Source: Mobula hypostoma (Eukaryota). From it: DNA of 64,000 nt. Shown piece after piece: positions 34,906 through 47,355 of the stretch. A model generated the notes under the pieces. That model searched no databases, was not told the origin of the DNA, and was given only the letters and a program-made list of their open reading frames with translations. The translations under genes and the position numbers were made by a program. The stretch is taken from assembly GCF_963921235.1 (NCBI RefSeq), contig NC_086097.1:226798001-226862000 (forward strand), written 5' to 3'. Positions within the stretch are counted from its first letter, which is position 1, and each line of letters opens with the position of its first letter.

Positions 34906-37900
34906 ATTGCTTTCTTTGGAGCAAAATACTATTATAAAGCTAACTTTTTGCAAAATGCATCTAAAAATATTGTTGATTAGTGTATGGTTATTAGCATCAA
35001 ATCTGCAGGACATATGTTGATATTAATTTTCCTTCACAATGAAGATGGTGATATTGAATAACAACAAGCCAAGTTTTATTCATTTCATTCAAAATTCAGG
35101 GACAGTTTAAAAGGTACCATTTGCATTAATGATAATATGTGATGGTTGTGCAAAGATATCCATTCACTATGAATTGAGAAGGGGAATATTGGATAGAAAT
35201 AAATAGTAGTAGTTGAGTGTCGCTTGAAGCTGAAAGCCATTGTGCCCATTACTTGGTAATTGCATAAATGTTAACCCTGTAACACATGTTGCATGCAACC
35301 ATGTGACACTGGTCAATGGAAAGAAACTGTCATAGATCGAAGTATTAATTCCTACCCCTAGTGGTGTGCCGATTTGGGTTCTAGTGAAGACCAACCTCAT
35401 CATAACAAGCAGACACCTACAATTTCCCCTGCACCACCACATCTATCACCACCACAGAATTGCATTGTTTGCATTGAAGATGAAATGGAAAAAGACAGTA
35501 ATAATACAACTTTGAAAAAAGATTGAAGTATTCAGGAGAACAATGATTTATTTGTCACAAGGGTCTTGGTCTGAAATTTCGACTATTTATTCCCCTCCAT
35601 AAATGTTGGCTGACCTGCTGAGTACCTCCAGCATGCTGAGTGTGTTATTCTGGATTTCCAGCATCTGCAGAATCTTGTGTTTAAAGTTTGTGAACCCAAT
35701 GCCAACTTGGAACTTTTGTTTTATTAGAAATAACAAATGAAAAATGATTACTGGCTAGCAGTGCTTGAGGTAACAAGCAGGAATAAAGTTCTTAAAAAGC
35801 AGTATAGTTAACTTTGCACTGTGTCAACTCTGAGGCAGAAGTTTATCCTCAATCACTAGTGTTAAATGGGCACTATGTTTGAACTATTGTTATGCAGACC
35901 ACCTGATAGTTCTGTTTTGATTCAAATATTGAGAGCTGAGTTTATGGACTATTAACAATCCAGCACCCAATTTTTAACCTTTAATCTCCTTGTCACATGG
36001 GATGATCATCACATTACAGTCCACAATTTTCCTTGGCTTCATGCCTTTGCTAAAATGGAAAATCTTTACATTTGATAGAATAGATTGTACAAAATTGTAC
36101 GTTACCAAAGCACAATATCAATTTTATTATAGATAAGCAGCTCACTTGGATTGCTTTCAGTTAACTTCCAAATGCCTGAGGTATCTTTAATGGTTGGTTG
36201 TTGAATTGCACCTGCTATCAGCTGGTCTGCCTACCTATTGTCCAAGTCCTCCCTGGAATCCATGTTCAAGTTTGAATAAACCACCTGCAGTGGATGCTTT
36301 TGTTGTTCATATTGTCAGGATACCAAATTCCTAAAGGCACATGACTGCATCTCGGAGAAAGAATACTTCAGATTTTAAACAAATCAAAGCAGATTTTTTA
36401 AAATAAACTCTAAAGCCATTTTCATGAGTACAAAAACATGGCAAGCTAAAAGCTAGTGAAGGCAACTTTAGGGTATAGAATTAATTACCTGTTGTAAGAG
36501 ACAAATCCCACCATCCACCCCGTCCCCACAGGCTAGAAAAGGAAACGAGCATTATAAGATTTATATTATGCTTATTTTTTTGGGGGGGGGCTGCTTGGCA
36601 GTAACTCATGCAAGACACCATGATCATGGCAGACCAACTGAATATTGGGTATTGTATGTTCAAGATAAAAAAAAAATGGCATGATGCATCTTTTCGATGT
36701 TGCTATGTAACATTGGAGGGGGAGGAGGAGAGTCGATGCTTTTGCTGCTGCTTGTGGGGGAGGAGGGTGCTTTAGAGTTCAAACAATTTCCTGTCATTCA
36801 TTCTTTGGGTTTTTTTTCTTCTGTTTTGTGGATGTCTGTGAAGAATAAGAATTTCAGATTGTATACTGTATGCATTCTCTGATACTAAATGGAACCATTG
36901 AACTATTGTACTTATGTGGCTCATCGTTTCAAGCTGCAAAACATTTACCTACTTTATTTTTACTTTGTAATTACACAAATACCAACAACTAATTTTGAAG
37001 TTCACTCTTTTGTTGTGGTTAGGAATCTCCGAATGGGTGGTTGGACTTCTCACTTTAGAGATCATTGAGTACGTGAATTACATAAATGGTGTTTGCTACC
37101 ACTGATGTGGAGTTTCCTTGGAAAGAGAAAATTGCTCAATGCCCTGCCTATACATCTGTTTCATCCATAATACTTTCTCTTCATCCACCCTCTATTGCTA
37201 TGACCCATCTGTTTGTTCCTCCTTGGTGGACACACAACAGATTCATGCTGTATATAGCTGATGGAAGAGGTTTTGGAGATATATATTAAGACTATGATAC
37301 AATCTGTACTGTATTTCGAGAGGCCAAGCACTCAAACTGTGTGGATGTGGAGGCTTCCTGCTCATGGGAACAACTTAGTTGATTTTATACATTCTGATAA
37401 AGCAGTTTCATCAAATGCAACATGCCCATGGAAATGTACTATATTCTGTTACTATTATAGAATCAAATCTACCTTCAGAATATGGAATATGGACTCCACT
37501 TACCACTATATAAAAAAAATTATACTGTGTCTTCAAAATCAGATTGATTTTATTATAGGTCTAGTTTTTCCTTCATTTTAAGAAACAAGTCAATTTCCAA
37601 ACCTATCTGAACAACCACGTTTAACAAAATTCATTCTTTTGGTACACACCAGAAGCTTTCTCACTTTCTCAGAAACTTGGGCATTAAAACTTTCACTGCA
37701 ATAGAAATGCTGTTATCCAAACCACGAAATTCTTTGGCAAAAGCCAAATGAATTTTCATCCTGTTTGGCAGGAATAGGCAACAGAAGCGAAGATGTGCTT
37801 CAGCAAGTGGGGATGTTCAGCACCAGGATAAATGGAAAGAAAACCAAATTATGCAAGCTGCATAAAAAAAAGTGTTCCTGCTGAAATGTTTCAGCCTGAA

Positions 37901-38449
37901 ACATTGACTGTCATTTTTTCCATAGCTGCTGCCTGAGCTTCTGAGTTACTCCTGCTTTTTGTGTGTTGCTTGCATTTCCAGCATCTGCAGATTTTCTCTT
38001 GTTTGTGATAAAAAAAGATTTTTTAAAAATTTGCTGCTTTACAATGTTGAAGTTAAGTTTATTACAATAAGAAAGCATTGGAAACATTAGATTCCTTTTA
38101 TTAAAGGAGGATTATTACCATTTATATTTTTGTGAGTCTACGACAGTGCACATCAAACATAACAAAACAGCTTTAAAATCAGCTAACAGAAGTTAGGAGT
38201 AACTTGAGATCTGTTGAAGAAAGGTCACCATCTCTTGATCATTAACTCAGTTTCACCCTCCATAGAGGGTGTTATACTTGCTGAATATTTTCTGTATTTT
38301 CTGCTTTATTACTCTTGAGCTTAACATTTTTTATGGCAACCAGAAGTTCTATAAAATAATATCGCAGAAAAACTCTGCCCTATATTGTTGAGACATTGGT
38401 CATAAATATTTTATTGTCAGATTATCATTAACAGAAAAGATAACACAGA

Positions 38450-39965
38450 TGATAGAACATAACACGGTATAGGTCCTTTGGTTCATGATGTTGTGCTGGC
38501 CTTTTAACCTACTCCAAGATAAATCTATCCCTCCCTTCTTGCATAACCCTCCATTTTGTGATCATCCATATCTAAAAAGACTCTTAAATATGTTTGCCTC
38601 CACCACAACCCCAGGCAGGGCATTCCACGCATCCATCATTCTCTGTGAAAAACATACCTCTGACATTCCCCTGATACTTTCATATTAGCTCTTTCCACCC
38701 TGGGAAAAAGTCCTTAGCTACCCACATGATCAAAACCTCCTTTCATCTTGTACACCTCTATCAAGTCGTCTCTCATCCTCTTTTGCTCCAAAGGGAAAAG
38801 CCCTAGGTCACACAACCTATCCTCATAAGACGTGCTCTCAAATCCAGGCAGCATCCTGGTAAATCTCCTCTGCACCCTCTCTAAAGTTTGCACATTCTTC
38901 CTAAAATGAGGCAGACGTAAATGAACACAATATTTGAAGTGTAGCCTAAAAGGGTTTTATAGAGCTGCAGCATTACGTCACAGCGCTTGAACTCAATCCC
39001 CTAACTAATGAAGACCAACACACCATATGCCTTCTTAACAACCTGAACATCTTGTGTGGCAAATTTGAAGGTGGTATGGATGTAGGCTCCAATATCTCCC
39101 TGTTCTTCCATAGCACCAAAAATCCTGCAATTAAACCTGTGTACTGCCTTCAAATTCAATCTTCCAAAATGAATCATAAGACCATAAGATATTAGGAGCA
39201 GAAATAGGCCATTCAGCCTATTGAGCCTGCTCCACCATTACATCATGGGCTGACCCAATCCTTCCAGTCATCCCCACTCCTCTGCCTTCTCCCCATACCC
39301 TTTGATGCCCTGGCTAATCAAGAGCGTTTCTATCTCTGCCTTAAATGCACCCAATGACTTGGCCTCCACTGCCGCCCGTGGCAATACCGCAGATTTACCA
39401 CTCTCTGACTAAAGTAATTTCTCCTCATCTCTGTTCTAAATGGACATCCTTCAATCCTGAAGTCATGCCTTCTTGTCTTAGACTTCCCTACTATGGGAAA
39501 TAAATTGGATATCTCGGGGCCAGACTCAATATACCCCAGGTTATTTTGTGAAGTAAGGGAAGAGACTGCTGCACGATCGTACTGCCTCTACTCAACCCTG
39601 TAATATTTAGGCAACAAAGATGCATACGTCAGGATGTTCTTTATCAACTACAGCTCAGCATTCAATAATATCCCCTCAAAACTAATAAATAAACTTCAAG
39701 ACCTTGGCTTCAATACCCCTTGTGCAATTGGATCCTCTATTTCCTCACTTGCAGACTCCAGTCAGTTCAGACTGGCAACAACATCTCCATGGTCCCCATC
39801 AGCACGGGTGAACCACAAGGCTGTGTGCTTAGTCCCCAGCTCTACTAGCTTTACACCTGTGTGGCTAAGCACAGCTCCAAGACCATACTCAAGTTTGCTG
39901 ATGACACCACTATTGTGGGCTGAATCAAAGGTCGTAATGAATCAGCTTATAGGAGGGAGATCAAA
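38450..39965. mobile_element. CR1 3' fragments (minus, about 38450-39570) followed by a Rex1/Babar RT fragment (plus, about 39580-39965)
   Basis: CR1 tails at about 38455 and 39175; [25 protein letters not shown] motif. Confidence 0.75.
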
Positions 39966-41379
39966 AATTTAAAATCCACATAAAAAGCACAGGTTGGACA
40001 GTTCCTTTCTGATATATGCCCAATCAGCTGATATGGCCAGTTTCACAGACGAATAAGTATCTGACTAGGTGCATTCATACTGATGAAACACTACCTTCTA
40101 CTCAGCCTTGGACTTTAAGGATAGAGGAAAAGCCACAGTAGGTGAGGATGGAAAGCCATTGTACTTTCAGCGAGTCTTTTACATTTGAAAAAAAAAGCAG
40201 AACCACAGAAGATTACAATATAGTTTCAGATCTTTGTTAAATTAATCCAGAACTAATCCTATTACAAAATAGCCCTGCACCCAGTGGTTCAAGACCACAG
40301 CCATTACTTCAGGCCCTGCACTAATTAACTTTACATTACGGTTATTCCAATCACTTGGGGAGTACTTGCCATGGTATTAACTTGGAAAACACATCCATTG
40401 GGTGACCAAGGGGAACTTCATTTTGTACATAAATTGCCTTAAGCAAATGTTGATTTTCTTTCATTTCTCTTTTAATCTATATTTGTTTCACAGCGCTGTA
40501 GGAATAATATGTGAAGGATTTGATAAACAGCCTATTGAAATGAATTCAAGGGAATGTGTAACAGCTTCTTGACAGCTACAAATGTAGAAAGAAAATAATA
40601 TGGTGGTGGAATATATTTATTGCTGAAAACAGATGTCTCAAACTGTGCTTCAGTTGAGCCCCTTTTCATATTCCATTGATGCTTAGTGATCTTTTATCTT
40701 ATCCCTAGCCTTCTATATACTTAACATTATTAAATAACAACATTTTGCATGTTACATCAGACTTTGGCTGGTGAGCATAGGAAGGTTTACCCACACGCAT
40801 TCACTTATAAAAAGGGGTTTTTAAACCATCAGCATTATAATATCTGTACATTGCTACTGTGTGATCAACTAAGATGCAGTGCCCAACTCAATAGCAAATC
40901 ATTCTGTGGGCACCTTCAGATAATACATGAAGTCTATTTTAATAATTTAGATTGTATTTATCAGCCCTTGAAATGATGAGGTTCCAGTTTTCCTTCTGTA
41001 AACGTAATTGAGTGGTTGTCCTTCAGTTACCAATTTGAGCTAGTGTGTGGAACCAAAATTACCTCACCCACAGCCCTCAAATGTCAAAAAGTTCAGAACT
41101 CACTTGCAAACATTAATGACTCAAATGTACTCCGCTGGGTACTTTCTGCTAATGATTTTCTGGTTGCATACTGTGAAGTACAAGGTATCTTTAAGAATTG
41201 GATATGCCATATAATAAGACCTTGATAGGGCCATTGTACCCAACACAAAAGATTAGAAACCTACAGTGAAATGCATCACTTGTGTCAAATAAAAGCAGCA
41301 AGGATTGTGCTGTGGTCAGCCTACAAGTGTCGCCACACTTCCAGCACCAACATAGTATGCCCACAACTTTTTTTTGTTT

Positions 41380-42630
41380 AACTTACAGGGCACCATGGGA
41401 ACGGAGAGCTTGTGCAGTACAGGTCGATGGATACGATTAAATAGTCCTGTTTCAGCCTGATACAGCTGAGAATCACAACTGCTTCCAACATCTGTACAGT
41501 TAATAAAGATGTCTTAATGCGATTGAATGAAATATCACTACTTAAAATCGACGGAAACAATGCCGATTGTGGATGTACTTCTCGCCAGATTCCATGTAGG
41601 AAACGTGGCTGCAGGTCAGGAACATAGGTGTTTTTAAGGAAATGGGGTTTTAGACTCCCAATACTGACTATCTTGCCGGCAAACGTACAGTCTCTAGTAA
41701 ATAAAATTGCAGATCTCAGAGCTATGGTGCGGTGTCAGAGGGACATTAGGACTGCATACGTCCTTTGTTTCACAGAATCCTTGTAAACTGCTTCCATACT
41801 GGATGCAGCAGTTCAGATCGACCGAATAGGATAGGATGTCGAGTCTCCCAAAAGCAGAGGTGGAAGTGTATGCCTCATGATCAACTCCTTCTGGCGCACA
41901 AACATATCAGCATTGTCCAATTCTACTCACCAGACCTGGAATACCTCACAATTAAGTACTGTCCATTTTACCTGCTGAGAGAGATTCCAGCAATCATTTT
42001 GGTAGCAGTGTACATTCCACCTCAGGCCAATGTCAAACAGGCTCTAGATGATCAACATGCACAAAACAACACACTCTGATGCCTTCACCATCATTTTTGG
42101 GAGATTTTAACCAGGGCAGACTGAAAAAGTCACTGAATAATTACCATTAACAAATCACTTGTAGTACCTGACGAAACGGCATACTGGACCACTGATACAC
42201 CACCATCAAGAATGCCTACCATGCTATTCTACACCCTCACTTCGCAAAGTCTGATCACCTGGCTGTACTTCTACTCCCAGAGTAGGCAGAGACTGAAGAC
42301 TGCAGCACCAGTAGGGAGGACCAAGAAGGTATGGACAAGGTAAGCACAGGAATGCTTACATGACTGTTTTGAATCGGTGGACTGGACTGTATTCAGGGAT
42401 TCATCTTTGAGTCTGGATGAGTATGCCGCAGTTGTTATTGACTTCACTAAAACCTGTGTGGATGAGTGTGTGTCTACAAAAACTTGCTGTACATTCCCAA
42501 ACCAAAAGCCATGGATGAACCAAGAGGTATGTTGTCTGCTGAAGGCTAGATCTGTGGCACTTAAGTCTGGTGACCCAGGTCTGTACAAGAAAATGAGGTA
42601 TGACTTGCAGAGGACTAGTTCAAGAGCAAA
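41380..42630 (+). mobile_element. Rex1/Babar LINE 5' half (APE endonuclease region), decayed
   Basis: ANVQSLVNKIADLRA, CPFYLLREIPAIILVAVYIPPQA, SDHLAVLLLP, FPNQKPWMN motifs. Confidence 0.8.
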
Positions 42631-42639
42631 GCAGCCTCC

Positions 42640-43235
42640 CAATCAATGTCCCAAGCACCTACGTTACATCCGTCAGAAAAAGCCGGATCTCCCAGTGGCC
42701 ACCCGTTTTAATTCCACGTCCCATTCCCATTCCAATATGTCAATCCACGGCCTCCTCTACCGTCACAATGCGGCCATACTCAGGTAGGAGGAACAGCACC
42801 TTATATTCTGTCTGGGTAGACTCCAATCTGATGGCATGAACATTACTTTCTCAATCTTCTGGTAATGCTCCCCCTCACCTTCACCATTCCCCATCCACTT
42901 TTTCCTTTCTCACCTTATCTCCTTGCCTACCCATTGCTTCCTCTAGTGCTCCTCTCCCTTCTTCTTTCTTCCATGGCCTTCTGTCCTCTCCTAGTAGATA
43001 CTGCCTTCCCCAGTCCTGTATCTCTTTCACCAATCAACTTCCCAGCTCTTTACTTCACCCCTCCCTCTCTCAATTTCACTTATCACCTTGTGTTTCTCCC
43101 TCTCCTCCCTCCACCTTTTAAATCTACCCCTCTGCTTTTTTTGTCTCCAGGCCTCCTGAAGGTCTTGGTCCGAAACATCGACTGTTGTCTTTTCCATAGA
43201 TGCTGCCTGGCTTGCTGAGTTCCTCCAGCATTTTA
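42640..43235 (+). mobile_element. Penelope-like 3' fragment
   Basis: DLPVATRFNSTSHSHSNMSIHGLL motif; pyrimidine tract; decayed hammerhead near 43148-43185. Confidence 0.85.
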
Positions 43236-43329
43236 GACTATTTTGTTACCAGACAAAATAGTCTAGCCATTAGTCTCACTGATGCCCTATAAAATGAAGC
43301 ACTACATTCTACCAAAGATCTTGGAATTC

Positions 43330-44400
43330 AGCCATGAATTACTAAATAAAAACTATTATGGCCATCTCACTTCCAATGTGAAAAACTATACGCAGATTGA
43401 AAGAGAGGCTCAAGATATCATTTCTGATGTTCATTTTTTCCCCAGATATTTCTGGTTGGAAGGCAAACAGACCATAAACCTCTAGTTGCATAAAGCTGGG
43501 CTATCTTTTTGTCATATCTGTACAACCCTACATGACTGCGCTTCAACAGATTACTAGAGCAATACACGCTGCCACATCTGACTGAAACAGAGGCAACAAC
43601 TAACTTGAAGCATGCTATTTTTCAATTGTACGTTGGTGATTATGATTTTCCCATAACAGATGATGAGATCAGCAGGGCTTTAGTAAAGACTGTCATGGTT
43701 CCATCTGGCAATTCCCCATCTTGCTATTACCTCCTTAATTGGGCCTTAATCCCCTCGTCTGATTTCCAATCATTCCTAGTTCCACTAATTACAGCACACC
43801 TGGTTCCCATTAGCAAATATACTCCCATAAGATAAAACTCGAGCGGCACAGCCATGCTTTGCCAGTTTGTTGGTTGACTCTAGCATGAGTAAACCTTGTT
43901 TCCTAATTCCTTGGGACTGTCAGTTCCAAGTTCTGCATCATTTCCTGTATATCCTACATAAACCTTGTCTCCGTGTAAAGACTCTCCTGAATACCGGTTC
44001 CCCGTTCGCGGCGGTGCTAACGCCTCACGACTCTGCCTCTGCGCCTGTGTCCTGCACTTGGGTTCGTCCTCAGCCTCGTCCTTGCAACAAAGACATATTA
44101 CTAAAACAAAACAGGTGCCTTCACGTAGCTACTAGAATGTTAGTGATGGGAGCAAATGACTTCAGAACCTTCTCATTGGGGCATGATTCTTTGATGAGTC
44201 ATATTTGCCTGGTGTGGTGCTTTGGAGTGGTAACTCTGAAGGTAAACAGGGATATTTATGGAACAATGAACATGCCCAGCAGATTAAACTTATTATCATA
44301 CACTTCGGTGGCTTGGACCTAAAGACTAAAGATCTGAAGTCAGGTTTGTAGGACACAGATGCCACAGTTCCAGTGAACTAGCTAAATAATTTCTTACACA
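43330..44400 (+). mobile_element. Ancient Gypsy pol remnant (RNase H to integrase linker)
   Basis: KNYTQIEREA..II..V..F..Y and TDHKPL (acagaccataaacctcta); FPITDDEISRALVKD. Confidence 0.65.
43691..44089 (+). mobile_element. Solo LTR (399 bp), Gypsy-type
   Basis: TGTCA...CAACA termini; 5-bp TSD AAGAC at 43686-43690 and 44090-44094; shares the tgcacttggg(t)tc end motif with the LTR at 59217-59229. Confidence 0.88.
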
Positions 44401-44949
44401 AGATTTTTTAAAATTCCATTTCAGAAACAGAATAATTCCAGTTGATGGTAGGTAGTCATCTGAAGTGATTGGATGTACATTTGAGTAGTGACTCTCTGAA
44501 TGGCACACAATAGCGGCCCGCAGATCAGTTGTGCGAATCACTGAGTCATGGCTGAAAGAAGATCGCTGTTGGAGCTTAGCATCCAAGGATACACATTGTT
44601 TTGAAATGCCAGGCAGGTAAGCAGAGAGTGTGGGGTGACTCTGTTGGTAAAAAAATGAAATCAAATCCTTAGAAAGAAGTGACGTCAGATCAGAAAATGC
44701 CGAATCTTTGTGGGTAGCGTAAAGAAAATTTAAGACTAAAAAGACCCTGATGGGAGTTATACACAGGCCTCCAAATAGTAGCCAGGATTTGGATATAAAT
44801 TGCAATGAGAGATAGAAAAGGCATGTTAAAAAGTGTAAAGTTATGACAGTGATGGGGGATTTCAATATGCCAGTAGATTGGGAAAATTAGGTTGTTGGTG
44901 GATCCCATCAAAATGGGTGGCCACTGGGAGATCCTGCCTCTCACGGCTA

Positions 44950-46405
44950 CGGGAGGAAGTTCCCACATGCTTCAAAATGGCAACAATTATACCAGTGCCT
45001 AAGAAGAATAATGTGAGCTGCCTTAATGACTATCGCCTGGTAGCACTCACATCGACAGTGATGAAATGCTTTGAGAGGTTGGTCATGACTAGACTGAACT
45101 CCTGCCTCAGCAAGGACCTAGACCCATTGCAATTTGCCTATCACCACAATAGGTTGATGGCAGAGGTAATCTCAATGACTTTCCACATGGCTTTAGACCA
45201 CCTAGACAACACAAACACCTAGGTCAGGATGTTGTTCATTGACTATAGCTCAGCATTTAATAGCATCATTCCCACCATCGTGATTGAGATGTTGCAGTAC
45301 CTGGGCCTCTGTGCCTCCCTCTGCAACTGGATTCTCGACTTCCTAACCGGAAGACCACAGTCTGTGGGGATTGCTGATAACATCTCCTCCTCGCTGACAA
45401 TCAACACTGGTGCACCTCAGGGGTGTGTGCTTAGACAACTGCTCTACTTTCTATCTACACGACTGTGTGGCTAGGCATAGCTCAAATACCATCTATAAGT
45501 TTGCTGATGATACAACCATTGTTGGTAGAATCTCAGATGGTGATGAGAGGGCATACAGGAGCGAGATATGTCAACTAATAGAGTGATGTCACAGCACAAC
45601 CTGGCACTCAGTGTCAGTAAGACAACAGAGCTGATTGTGGATGTCAGGAAGGTTAAGACGAAGGAACACATATCAATCCTCATAGAGGGATCAGAAGTGG
45701 AGAGAGTGAGCAGTTTCAAGTTCCTGGGTGTCAAGATCTCTAAGGATCTAACCTGGTCCCAATGTATCGATGCAGTTATAAAGAAGGCAAGACTGCAGCT
45801 ATACTTCATTAGGAGTTTGAAGAGATTTGGCATGTCAACAAATACACTCAGAAACTTCTATAGTTGTACTGTGGAGAGCATTCTGACAGGCTGCATTACT
45901 GTCTGGTATGGAGGGGCTACTGTACAGGACCGAAAGAAGCTACAGAAGGGTGCTAATCTAGACAGCTCCATCTTGGGCACTAGCCTACAAAGTACCCAGG
46001 ACATCTTTAGGGAGTGGTGTCTCAAAAAGGCAGCATCCGTTATTAAGGACCTCCAGCAACCAGGGCATGCCCTTTTCTCATTCTTACCATTAGGTCGGAG
46101 GTACAGAAGCCTGAAGGCACCCACTCAGCAATTCAGGAACAGCTTCTTCCCATCTGCCATCTGATTCCTAAATGGACATTGAGCACTTGGACACTACCTC
46201 ACTTTTTTTTAATATACAGTATTTCTGTTTTTGCACTTTAAAAAAATCTATTCTATATACATATACTGTAAATGATTTACTTGTTTATTTATTACTATTA
46301 TTATTTTTATTTTTTTTCTTCTAGATTATGTATTGCATTGAACTGCTGCTGCTAAGTTAACAAATTTCACGTCACATGCCGATGATAATAAACCTGATTC
46401 TGAAG
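44950..46405 (+). mobile_element. Rex1/Babar LINE RT and 3' end, few lesions; a second copy of the tail lies at about 46500-46685
   Basis: [15 protein letters not shown]...[58 protein letters not shown]; (ATTCTG)n tail. Confidence 0.9.
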
Positions 46406-46687
46406 TCCAAGTAATGGTTCAGGGCAGTACGAAGTCAAATTATCAGCTTCACTCTTGAATAAACCTTTTGCAGCACTTTCCTTTTGAAATAATCTGAAAT
46501 CACTTTTTTTCTATTTTTTGCACAATTTTTAATCTAATCAATATACATTTACAGTAATTGATTGATTTATTTATTATTATATTTTTCTTCTACGTTATGT
46601 ATTGCATTGAACTGCTGCTGCTAAGTTAACAAATTTCACGACACATGCTAGTGCGAATACACTTGATTCTGATTCTGATTCTTATTC

Positions 46688-47355
46688 TTTTCTGGTGGAC
46701 AGAGCGTGGGAGCTCGGCAAAGTGGTCTCCCAATCTATGTCGGGTCTCATCGCTATACAGGAGGCCATACCTGGAGCACCATCAGAAAAAGCGAGATCTT
46801 TCAGTGGACACCCGTTTTAAGTCCACTTCCCATTTCCATTCCAATATGCCTATCCATGGCCTCCTCCACTGCCGTGATGAGGCCACACTTAGGTTGGAGG
46901 AACAACACCTTGTATTCCATTTGGGTTGCCTCGAGCCTTATGGCATGAACATCGATTTCTCAAACTTCTGGTAATGCCCCTCACCCCCCCCACCTCTCCT
47001 TCACCATTTCCCAACTGGTTTTCCTCTCTCACTTTATCTCCTTGCCTGCCCATCGCCTCCCTCTAGTGCTCCATCCCCCTTTTTCTTTCTTCCATGGCCT
47101 TCTGTCTCTTTCACCAATCAACTTCCCAGCTCTTTACTTCATCCCTCTCCCTTTGGGTTTCACTTGTCACCTGGTGTTTCTCTCTCCCCTTCCCCCACCT
47201 TTTAAATCTACCCCTCAGCTTTTTTCACCCCAGTCCTTCCAAAGGGTTTAGGCCCGAAACGTCGACAGTACTTTTTTCTATAGATACTGCCTGGCATGCT
47301 GAGTTCCTGCAGCGTTTTGTGTGTGTTGCTTGATTTCCAGTATCTGCAAATTCTC
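46688..47355. mobile_element. Penelope-like fragment with an inverted 5' segment (minus 46688-46780, plus 46781-47355)
   Basis: Both parts are homologous to 7617-8325 in opposite orientations; decayed hammerhead at about 47231-47268. Confidence 0.75.

Noticed and set aside
40451..40570. Strong plus-strand polypyrimidine tract and acceptor
   Set aside because: Weak donor and an unrecognisable short reading; AT-rich background explains it
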